A DNA stretch of 63,270 nt, counting the filler, from Eremomyces bilateralis CBS 781.70 (Eukaryota): NCBI GenBank assembly GCA_010015585.1. It is 5 parts of 4 records of this genome, joined end to end, with 100 filler letters (N's around TTAATTAATTAA, not from the genome) between each part and the next. Parts side by side here need not be neighbours in the genome. Positions count along the whole stretch, not along the records: positions 1 to 25,172 come from ML975202.1; 4 more parts are not named here. One strand, written 5' to 3'. Positions 12,101 through 22,444 of this stretch are shown in pieces. Position numbers and translations under genes: made by a program. Every line of letters starts with the position of its first letter. The first letter of the stretch is position 1. Under the pieces are notes generated by a model. It saw nothing but the letters and a program-made list of their open reading frames with translations. It ran no database searches and was not told where the DNA came from.

Positions 12101-15100
12101 CGTCCAGGCGTCATTGCTCGAAAATTCCGTTGGGTAGCCGAGCAGGTGAGCGATGATTTCGACCTGCGATAATGCCCGCTCCGTGAAGATCCGGTTCGCA
12201 ACCCTCATTAAAAATTGCCGTGTTCGGTTCTCAACACCGTTGTTCGTTGCAGGACCGCCCGTGGTATCCACCTGCCGCTCCGCCATCGCGTTGTCTTGGG
12301 GGGGGAAGAGTTCTGCCGCCGCGGCCACCCGTTTCCATACCGGATCCTCGACTTTGGTTGCATAGTTGGTCACGTAAAATACCAGGGCCATGGTCTTACA
12401 CTGCGTAGCAATGAACGAGATATCATGGTTATGTCGCAGTCCTACCGCCATGGCCTGGTTCCATCGATTCACCATGCTATGAGACCGCCGAATCTGCAAT
12501 ACTCCGCTATCGGTAAACGCCGTCCTCTCTACCAATCTCTACGGCGCCTTAAACCGGCATAGGTCCCGATTCTTCTTTGTCTGCCCCTGAATCGAGTATT
12601 TCACGCACGTCGGGCTATGGGTGTGGATCTGAGTAGCACCGGCGCAGAAGTTGGCCTCCTCGTCAAACGCAGCGCCAAATTGCTCGCGGTTCTCTAGTAG
12701 CGGCGATATGTCGGACGTTACCGATCGCTCTGCCCGAACGGCACAGAAGGCCTCGTGGTCCAGATCCTGCATCGTCAGCCCTCGCATTAGACAATCTTTG
12801 CTGTACGCGGTTTACTATACGGCGGCGAACATACCTCAGTAAAAACACTGTCTACATACTGAGCGACCCTCTCCTGATAGGCTACCTGATCCTCCCTATT
12901 ATGATCTTGTAGGATAGAACTCAGTTCCATGTTTCCCTGGAGCCAGAGAAGTCCGTGGACATGGAGCGCGCCGCGCTCATTGGTCTCTACGGCCCCAAAA
13001 TACCGATTAATACGCCCGAATACCGAATCCTTCCCGGTCTTCACATAGTGCTCGAAAAATAGGGAGATCTCCCGGTGGAAGAATATTGCTGAACTGAGCG
13101 GGTCCGAGATGGCTAATCGTGCCCGTTTATACGCCAGGTCTAGGCTCGTTAAGAACGCCTCCGCCTCCTCTGGATCCCGGGTCCGATACGCCGCGAGCCG
13201 GAGCTTGATCGGATTAGTGATATCGTTCGGGTTCAACGTGAACCAGATAGCCGGAATACCGTCCCGAATGATGAGGGACTGGATCTTCCGCCGCATGTTT
13301 AAACGACTCTCCCTCGACATCGGCTGGCGAAATCCGTATAGCGACAGGCTCCGTAAGAGCTGGTTGACCGCCTCGTCGCTCGTCTTCCGCGACGCCTCTA
13401 GCTCAGCCTTCGCCGCCTCGAGCCTTTCCGGGTTCAGCGAACGGACGATGCGCTCGACTTCGGCGAAATTCTTCCTCGTCACGCTCACCATGCTAACGCG
13501 GCGATTCCTTGACCGGACCCCCACATTGAAAACGAGGAAGGCAAAGATATGGTGTGACGCAAATCGACCGCCATGGCGCTGGAGCACCAGTTTGGCCCAC
13601 GCCTCTAGGCTCATGTTCCGCGATCGTATAAGACCCCGCACCCTGACCCCCGCTTCGACGCCGACATCCATCGCTCCGGTCACATCCTCTATGCTCTCGT
13701 CCGCTTGGCGTGGGCCTCCACGACCGACTGGGAATAGCGTCGGGAACGTCTTTGCGAAGAACCGTGCGTCTAAAGAATCGGCGAAGTCCTCGCCCCGAGA
13801 CACCACAATGTACGGCTCGGAGGTGTTCCCACGCCGCACTTCCGCTGTTCTACCCCGCCTTTTATTGCTAGCATCCTGTTGACCTAGCGCGTCACGAACG
13901 TACCGTAACTTCTCCCTATCCGCGATATCCGGGCCCCTATCAAGAGCGAACATGCCAGACGAACTGTTCTCGTGAAGCGGGGCTGCAGCATTGTCGAGGA
14001 CCCTGTCCCCATTCCCATCGTCACCATCGCTCGGTCCTAGACCGCCTACCACATCCTGGCCGACCTCGACATCGTGCCCTTGACCGAGCGTGGCTAGGAC
14101 TTCTCGGATATCTACGCTCTCGTCCTCTTCTAGGCCACGCTCTGTCGATGGGACTAGTTGCCCGGTTCGCGCCTTCTCCTGCGCCGACGGCTCGTCCCGT
14201 TTTAACCGCTCATACACCTGAGACGGTACCCCGTGCGAGGGCGTCTCCCAACTATCTAATTTCGCTCCGTCAATCTCAATGTGCCTATACAGCGGGTTAT
14301 GTCGCTTCAACCATACTAGTGCCTTCTCTACCACCCGACGCCGAACCGATAGGAGGACCGATAGATCGCTCGGCGCTGGTTTCTCCGGCCCATGCCAGGA
14401 CACGTGAATCTCATCCATCACCGTAAGTAGCGGATGGGGGAGGACGTTGGCCACTAGCTCCTGAACGTTGTTGGGAAAGACGGTAATGTGGCCCTTCACA
14501 TGCCTCGTATATGTTACACCCTGCCTCGGTCCCTCTGGGATGCTGTACTTCGTAATAAAGCCGTAACACGAGTTCAGCGCGATAAGCTTCTCTTCGATCG
14601 GCGTTAGATCCTTCAACTCGTCGGGGTATATATGCTCGCATCCGAGTCGGTCGTGCAACTGAGCGGCTAGAGATAAACCGTCTCTCCCTAGGTGCCGTAC
14701 ACAATCTGCATACCCACGGATTGTCTCACCGATAGGGAAACACCTAACGCATTGGAAGGGCGAACCCTCACGCTTCTCGATGGGACTGGCCATCTACTGG
14801 TCCCACGCCACGTCCACCAGTTCGGCCCGACCGTACTTGCGATAACAAAACATGCAGGTCAGGATTGGCAAGGTATCGATATCATGGAACGCTTTGTAGA
14901 AGTCCTGGACGGTGCTAACCTTAATGGAAGTCGGGATCGGCGTACACCATTCCTGCTCATAAGAGAGCCGTTCTTTCTCAGCAAATTCGTCCTCTAATTC
15001 GCATATAATACCCTCCAGCTCTTGTACCTGTTCTTCTTCACTCCACTCCCGACGATCCGTTCTTCTGGCGCGTTTTGGTGGCAACGGCTCACTGGTCATA

Positions 15101-15849
15101 CTAGACCCGGGCCTCTTCGGCGCCAACCGAGGGAGGTTCGCCGCGAAAGAAGTACTGGTTTCTCTCGGATCGTGCCCAGTACCGCCAACGACTTCGTTGG
15201 ACGACGTCGCTCTCGACCTCCGATGCCGCCGCTGGCGGGTCTCCCTATCTGCTCTTGCTTGTTCGTACTCTGTCTGGAATGCTTCGCCAATGTCCGCTGA
15301 CGTTCGAATACCTAAACCTGCGAGCGCCGATGCATCAATAGCGCCTCTCGACCCTGGCTCTCTTGCGACCCTCGCCATCTCGTGCGCCCTCTGTGCAGTG
15401 TCGACCATACTAGTGACGGTGGGCGGCCCTAAACCTGCCAGCTCCACCTTCTGCCGATTGAGAGCATGGTACCGGTCGACGACACCCAGCGAAGACCCAC
15501 GACTCGCTCGCAGGACCGAATTCTCCTCCGCCCTGCTCGATTCGTTCCCACTCTGTCCGGTAGGAGGCCCCCCAAAGGGTGCTCCTGGTATTGCAACGGC
15601 GCTGCTTGCGGACGAACCTCTCCCCTCTCCCCTCTGCAGCCGCCGAGTATCCCTCTGGATACTGGAATCTCTACTCCGTACTGGGTTTCTAGCTGCCCGA
15701 CCCTGTTCAAACTCCCTCTACATCTCTTCGAAGATATCTGTAGATGTTCGTATATCGAAACCCACCCGCGCTATATTCTCTCGAACGCGCTCGTCTAAGC
15801 GACGGAGCCGATCAGACAGACCCTCCGATCCTTGATCGTGTCCTTCCAT
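9161..15849 (-). pseudogene. Helitron RepHel transposase (Zn-finger/DUF6570-like, HUH Rep, PIF1 helicase), ~2180 codons, three in-frame TAG stops
   Basis: Rep motifs WFTLNPND, VETNERGALHVHGLLW, YVTNYATK; PIF1 motifs GEGGTGKS, IVDEVSM, GDFHQFRPV, YKVQGKTL, YVQLSR. Introns 12767-12834 and 11643-11714. Stops at 15718, 14794 and 12539 are RIP-type. Confidence 0.9.
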
Positions 15850-16474
15850 ACCAAGTTTCGAATCGGTTCGCAATGCTGGCCTTTCTAAATTCCGAATTTT
15901 CGTCACAATGTACAAAATATCATATTAGAACGTCGACTAATAGATCTACAGAACAGCATTCCCCCGAACCCATCAGCTCTTGGGATATTACCTACGTTAT
16001 AAATCCCTGAAACCGCTCCGCCAGTGATTTTACTCCGTCAACGTCGCACACTTCACCGCTTAACCCTGTTCGGTTGCCGACATAGTTCCCCCCAACATGA
16101 AGCTTGGATCCTTCGCCTGGAATTCAACGAAACTGGTCAATCAGCCTATCAATCTACCGTTTTCGACCGTCCCCGACGTATCACCCGTCGCGCGTATCCT
16201 CCGCCGTCTTCTATAACTCATATCTCACAAATCCGCCTTCGAAAAGCGGCACACCCACAGCTTGTCACGATCCCCCTTCCCGCGCCGCATCCCCACATTT
16301 TCCATCATAGTACCGTCATTCAATACTTGTCTCTCGTATATTCGTCCTTCCCCTCTTTCCCTTCCTATGTAATTGGCCAACCTATAATGGCCTAATTGGG
16401 TGTAGGAGTCGATCGATCGATTAACCCCTCTTTGCCTTTAGTTTCGCTATAACTGCTGAACAAAGTTGGCATCC

Positions 16475-17030
16475 CCTCCTTATCTCGTGCTCCTTTCGAC
16501 TATAACAATAGACTTACATCTAGCCACCGTTAACATCGATGCTCTTACCGCCCTGCTTTTCCCGGACATTCCCCCTTAAGACAATGCACACTTCCGTTCT
16601 ATACTTCCATTCCACCTCCTTATCTTGTGCTCCTCTCGACCATAACAATGAACTTCTATCTCGACACCGTTAACATCGATGCTCTTACCACCCTACGTTT
16701 CCCAGATATCCCCCCCGAGACAAAGCATACTTCCGTTCCACACTTCCATTCCACCTCCTTATCTTGTACTCCTCTCGACCATAACAATACACTTCCATCT
16801 CGATACCGTTAACATCGATGCTCTTACCACCCTACGTTTCCCAGATATCCCCCCCGAGACAAAGCACACTTCCGTTCCACACTTCCATTCCACCTCCTTA
16901 TCTTGTACTCCTCTCGACCATAACAATAGACTTCCATCTCGATACCGTTAACATCGATGCTCTTACCACCCTGCGTTTCCCAGATATCCCCCCGAGACAA
17001 AGCACACTTCCATTCTATACTTCCATTCTC
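16475..17030. repeat. Tandem repeat, ~4 copies of a 139-140 bp unit
   Basis: ACCGTTAACATCGATGCTCTTACC recurs at 16526, 16666, 16805 and 16944. Confidence 0.95.
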
Positions 17031-17272
17031 TATTTCTATTTCACACTTCCATTCCGTACTTTATACGATAAGATGTTTATACGCTTCACGACCGCTTCCG
17101 GCATCAACGCCAACAGGTTGTGTAACACTGTATAGCATATAAATATCACGATATGTAGAATAGTCTGCTTCCTTTTTCTTCTCTTCTCTTTAGCTTCAGT
17201 TTGCCGGATTTGCGGAAATCGAATTCATTTCTTTTCCCGATCGTGCCACTCCCGAAATTTTATTTACTAAGC

Positions 17273-18335
17273 ATGTCTCGACTACCCTCCCTCTCGAATA
17301 TTATTCATATCCGTGATTTTATTGACGCCGTAACGGATGACCCGACTCGAGAAGTCTCACCTAATCACGTTGAGATCTATACCGACGTTAATATCTTCTG
17401 CGAAGACAACTTCTATACTCCGGACATCATCGTAGAGCCTATTCGCGCGCGAATTCGTGCGTATCTGACCCGAGACCAACGGGAACAATTTGTCCCTAAC
17501 GCCTTCCTCTACGCTGACGGTCGCTTTTTCACGACCCAGTCCCCAGACAATACGTTGGAACTTAGCGTCCAGGCATTGAGTTTGATGAGGTACGTCTAGC
17601 TATACTCCTATTATGACTCGATTTAACCGGTCCAGACACCCAGGTAACGTCGCTGACTTCGAGGAGTACCGCCAGCGTTTACCAGAACAATGGTGTCCTA
17701 TGGTGACCGTCGTCGGCTCGGTGCCGTCTCGCAACGACCACTCGCTAGACACAGCGCACGCCCGCTACTTCATGATTGAAACCTCCGTTTATGACGTCTC
17801 CAAATCTACGTCCGTTCCATCCACCATGGCCTGCTTCTTCGAAGATTCCAAACGCTGGCAAAAAGTAAAGACCCCTCAGGCAGGATCCTTCCTCAGCCTC
17901 ACCGCCAAAGTGGCCGGTCGCACATCTGATACCAACCTTCTGGCCCTCCGAGTCCTGGATCTGGCCTTCTTGCCGAAGCCTACGTCCACTGGACTCACCC
18001 CGACCCCTATCACTACTCCATCGTCGAAACGACTCGATCGTTGGGAAGGCCGCCCTGCTCTATCGACTCCTTCGAAAAAACCGCGTCTCTTGGACCCGGC
18101 CATAGAAATACTAACTCCATCGGACTCGACGCCACGTGGACTCGATCGACCGCATACAGACCGCACTACAGACTCACAACCTACTCCCTCTTCTCTCTCT
18201 ACCACTACGCAGCTGGACGACTCCTCGAACATATCTAATCCACCTAGGAGCTCTGACAGTGGATTTCGGCCGCGTCGCAACTGTCGTCCTTCTAAAAAAT
18301 TGGAAGTACCAGTAGAAACAAAGAACTCCTCGTAA
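17273..18335 (+). CDS. Helitron-internal protein, ~338 aa, putative tandem OB-fold ssDNA-binding protein with disordered Ser/Thr/Pro tail
   Basis: TATAAA at ~17138, ATG 17273, 46-bp intron 17590-17635 joins two ORFs in frame with no stops; beta-rich pattern PMVTVVGSV..YFMIETSVYD..CFF..RW..K.P..GSFLSLTAKV; basic NLS-like PSKKPR. The fold call is inference. Confidence 0.7.
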
Positions 18336-18864
18336 GCTACCATCCGATGATGTGTACATAGACGTGACGGCACCTAGCACAGAAACGTCACGACATAGAT
18401 TGAGATTATTTGGTTACAATCACAAAAACGCGTGAATTAGTTTTCTCTTTTCGTTACCTTTCGAATGATAGGCTTATGGATATTGAATCTGTCGATCCAG
18501 AACTGTGACATATATCAAAGTCAATGATCTCCCTTTGTCTAGATACGGTATAGTAAGACTAGCCGCCCTCCCACCATACTTTCTCCTAATAATCTGTGCG
18601 ACGCCAATCAACACCGGCTGCGACTGAACGTTTCCAAAACATCCTCCATTCCAACCAATGTGATGCTTCTGTGAATAATTCGAGTGGCGTTTTTTGGAAT
18701 TCATAATCGCCAACTCGAGCTTCGTTCCTCAAGGCTCTGTTAGGGCGAACCGCTTGGCGGTTCGCGTCTACCCTTGTCTAACTAGACCTTAAATCACATG
18801 ATATTCACGTGAGTTTCACGTGGTTTGTACTCCTCCTACCCCAAGTCCCCAACCTTCGTCGACA

Positions 18865-18967
18865 ATCCAAATGGCATGCCCAGACATGTATATATCAGTC
18901 AGCAAGTTTCCCACATCGACTAGAGCGATTGGCTGGAGGGAGTAGGAATTCATTCATTCCTTCGTTC
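18865..18967 (+). mobile_element. 5'-truncated non-LTR retroelement tail with (TTCA/TTCC)n end
   Basis: 12-bp TSD CCTTCGTCGACA at 18853-18864 and 18968-18979; the homologous empty site is at ~21978. Confidence 0.8.
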
Positions 18968-19221
18968 CCTTCGTCGACATCGCCGTCGCCGCCCGCTTTA
19001 GCCCGTATGATATGATTGAAACGAACTATGAAACTACACACGCTCCACAGCGTCCACTTCGCATCGGCAGACACCGCCGGATTCTGACTCTGCGCCTGAC
19101 TAAGTCCGGTCGTTAAGACTAACTCCGACCGTCGAGACTGACTCCGATCATAAAGACTCGAGGAAAAGAGGAGTGATGCGAGGAAAAAAAAGGCAAAGTC
19201 TCCCCATCGTTAAGCGATCAA

Positions 19222-19542
19222 TGTCACAAAGGGTCGGGTTTCAATGTCTCTCGCTCTATTTGCGCTCCGCTGTCATAGTCCCAAATCGCAAAGGATTTGA
19301 TAGGCTTGAACGTTATTAAATTACTGAAGAGGGAAGAAAGATCTCCTCCGTTCAGAAGTACTAAATTGCATCTTTTAAGCTTGAAGGTCAACAAAGGCCG
19401 GAAGGCCATTAACACGAACTGGCCAAAACCTAGCTCTTGTCACAAAGAAAGAGTATAAAGATCTCCTCTGCTCAGGAACGCTAAATTACATCTTTAGGCC
19501 GCAGGCCGTTCACACAGACTGGAACAGGCCAAGACTATTACA
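19222..19542 (-). mobile_element. Two nested LTR relics (19222-19444 TG..CA; 19445-19542 related to LTR A)
   Basis: TGTCACA at both ends of the first; the second reads TGTAATAGTCTTGGCC..CAGTCTGTGTG..GCGGCCTAA on the minus strand, resembling LTR A. Confidence 0.6.
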
Positions 19543-19589
19543 TCCGCTTGCCAATTTGCTTAGTATATTTAGGCCGCATTTGCTTCCCC

Positions 19590-21520
19590 TTAGTATATCA
19601 TGTGTCCCTCCTCGGATGACTAATCCTAACGCTCCGCGTCTCGAATCGTTCCCTCGCTCAGCCGTTCTAGCCTATTCTCGGCCGCGACTATGTTATCGGC
19701 CACTCGATTACCGACAATGTCCCTTCCCGCGCTCGAGACAGGAGTATAATCCCATCTAGCGATAGGCAGCGCGATAGTTACACGTACAGCCCGTAGGCAT
19801 CGCATTAACTAGGAACGGCCTGGCCATCGACGTTCGTCGTCCTCGCGCCGCGAAGTTCTAGCGCCACTCGGTCTAACGTCTTGCCTTGTACCTTATAATC
19901 CGTGCATGCGAACGCCGCTGCGCACGGTAATCCTCGCCGGCTAACGTCGTGCTTCTACTACGGCCGCTTTTTCTAGCAATCGATTTTAACGCTGACGGGC
20001 GTTAGGAGGATAGTGCCGGCTAGTATGCCGACGAAGTCGTAGTCTCTTATCGTCTCGGACGCCAGCACGATCCCGGCCGGAGGCCCGAAGTGGAGCATAG
20101 TATCGGCGTTGACGCGATGCCCGGGGAATGTCTGCTCGAGGACGACGTCTAACGCCGTATAGCGGGCGCCATTGACCAGCTTCAGGCCTTGGTAGGTGTT
20201 TTGGTTCACGGCGATGGGCATCCGGGGACGAACATGAAGATGGCGGGGACGGGGACGGCGCTGTCGTCCCCCTAACTCAACAGCATCAGGGCCTCCTCCT
20301 CCGTAGGCTGGCCTTCTTTCTACTTATGCTCGGACATAAAAATCCGAAGCACGCCTTGCCTTTGGCGTTAGAAGGACAGCATGGCTTCGACGTTCAGATT
20401 CCAGCGGTTCCGATTCAGCGGCGTGATGGCCGTAATGCCGGACTCCCATGGGATACGTCGACCTTCCTCGTAGCACGCTTCGTTTAGGAAATCCATATCG
20501 GACCGATCTTGTACGCCGTGCCGGATCCGCCTAAGGAGTTACTATAGTCGTAGGTCTCCGGCCGTACGGACTTATTCGTCGAGCATCACGACCGTAGTAA
20601 ATTTGTTCTATAGCGCGTGCGCCTTATCGTACTGGTGCCTCTGCTCTGCTCCGAACGATGTATCGTCGGTCCACGTAGTCGTATGGCTAGGGAGAAGGAT
20701 CGACCGCTCCTAGACCGGACGGAACTGGTAGAAATCCCCGCAGAAGACAACAATCGGGATACCGCCAAAGTCGTCTATACACCCTCGCAGCCGGCCTAGC
20801 TGTTCGTTTACTACGTATAGCGTCCGAGCGCCCAGTATACTAATCTCGTCGATAATAAGTAGGACTTTTTCCTACCACTCGGCCTAGCTTCGTCTATCGA
20901 TACGGAGACTGGTTAAACTGCTCGGCGCAAAACTCTCCAGATTCGCACTCCGACCCACCGACCGAGTCGTGTTTTTCGAGGATCCGCACGCGGAATAGAT
21001 AGTGACCCTATTAATATTGGCTGCCGCCGTTCCCGAGGTCGCTATAACCAGCAGGCGGTACGAGATCCCCTTCCTCGCGAACAGCTCTATGACCGCTCCG
21101 ATAATTCGTGATTTTCCCGTACCGCCCTCGCCTCCGATAAATTAGAAGAGCTAGGGAACTCCGGGTTCGTTACGGTAGATCCGGTCTAGCTGGCGATAGA
21201 TTAGTCGAAGTGCGATACTCTGTTTTCGGTTTAAGGGGAACGACTCCTCTACTAATTGCTTCCCTGCCGCAGAGAACGACGTAGAGGGGCCGAGCTGGAT
21301 ATTCATAGACGGGCCGGTATCCCCTCCTAGGCTTTCTCTGTCGGCAGCGGTGAAACGGACGTCCGGCCTAGACTCAACAGTACTCTCTCCGACCGGCCCC
21401 TAGATCCCTTAGATCATCCGCTCTCTCTCGCGAGACAGACTTTTTTGCTGCGCTTTGGTCGATTTAAGCAGCTCCTATGCTGGCACGGTCAACGCGGCTG
21501 GCTCGGGAAACCCGTCTATC
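19590..21520 (-). pseudogene. Degenerate PIF1 helicase portion of a RepHel paralogue
   Basis: Colinear with ~9200-11150; many TAG/TAA stops and a frameshift. Confidence 0.9.
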
Positions 21521-21834
21521 CTTTTCTCTTTCATTGGCACCCGGGTGGTAGTCCTATGGGTACTAAATTGGTCGACCTAGACCTCTGACATACGTATCAA
21601 ATTCAGTTCTCTTCCTCCCCAGAACCCCAATGGAATAACAAGCCTTTTGTGATGCTTATGTGAATATAATTCGAGCGCTTTTTTTAAAGGACATTCGAAA
21701 ACTGTAAACTCTAGCTTCGTTCCTCCAGGCTCTCTTTGAGCGATACCCGCTTGCGGGTTCGCATCTCTTGTTTAATATGTACCATGAATGGATATTAGGG
21801 GACCATTTCTGGTCCCTTCAAAATAAAATAGGCC

Positions 21835-22444
21835 AGTGCCTGGAGGAACGTAGTTCCGTAAGGTCCTTGTAGACGCACGAGGGACAGACACAAAATCACA
21901 ACCCAACCTTAAATCACATGATTCTCACGTGAGTTTCACGTGATTTGTCCCCCTCAACCACAGCCGTCGTTGACACGCCTTCGTCGACATCGCGATCGGC
22001 CCCCCCGCTTTAGCCCCTGTGATATGATTGGAACGAACTATAAAACTACACGCTCCGCGGCGTCCACTTCGCGTCCGCAGACACTGCCGGATTCTGACCT
22101 TGCGCCTGACTGAGTCCGATCGTTGAGTCTGGCTCGGATGGTTAAGACGGACTCTAATGGTCGAGACTTCACTCTGATTGTCGAGACTGACTAATTTGAT
22201 AACGCAAATAAATCCAACAACGATGGATTCTTTTTCAATATGCCTCCTATAAATGAAAGTGCAATTGCTGAAGCTATATAAGCTTTTTGAGATCGAGAAT
22301 TCCCATCGATTCACAAATTTGCGGAGGCTTATGGCGTTAAGTACTCTACTCTCTAAGAACATATCTAAAAGGGCACCGAATCCCATCAAAAAGGGGCCGA
22401 GAAGTTGCAAAAGTTGTCAAAAGATCAAGAAAAATGGCTGGTCT
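21835..22444. mobile_element. Left end of a third Helitron-like element, cut by Gypsy-A
   Basis: AGTGCCTGGAGGAACG.AGTTCCGTAAGGTC...CGCACGAGGG matches 8688-8734; followed by a CACGTG cluster. Confidence 0.78.

Larger units (their letters stand above)
8670..18776. mobile_element. Non-canonical Helitron-like element, near full length (~10.1 kb)
   Basis: Left-end GCCTGGAGGAACGAAG; inverted copy CTTCGTTCCTCAAGGC at 18720-18735; 9-bp stem hairpin at 18745-18765; CTTG end; contains an HUH-Rep/PIF1 gene. The exact left base is uncertain. Confidence 0.82.
18787..21770. mobile_element. Second Helitron-like element, internally deleted and 5'-truncated
   Basis: Left part is homologous to 21908-22200; contains a PIF1 relic; right end has CTTCGTTCCTCCAGGC (21715-21730), a hairpin (21740-21762) and CTTG. 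Confidence 0.8.

Noticed and set aside
12539..15720. TAG-for-Trp stops in RepHel and the patatin NLR as A-to-I editing-restored codons
   Set aside because: CAG>TAG and CAA>TAA stops and other transitions co-occur, and the genes are repetitive or next to repeats; RIP is the simpler explanation.
9189..15835. Long plus-strand ORFs (e.g. 10428-11633, 13109-13882)
   Set aside because: Antisense shadows of the GC-rich RepHel gene with no recognisable motifs.
16475..17030. CRISPR-like array
   Set aside because: Whole units repeat with no unique spacers, and the context is eukaryotic.
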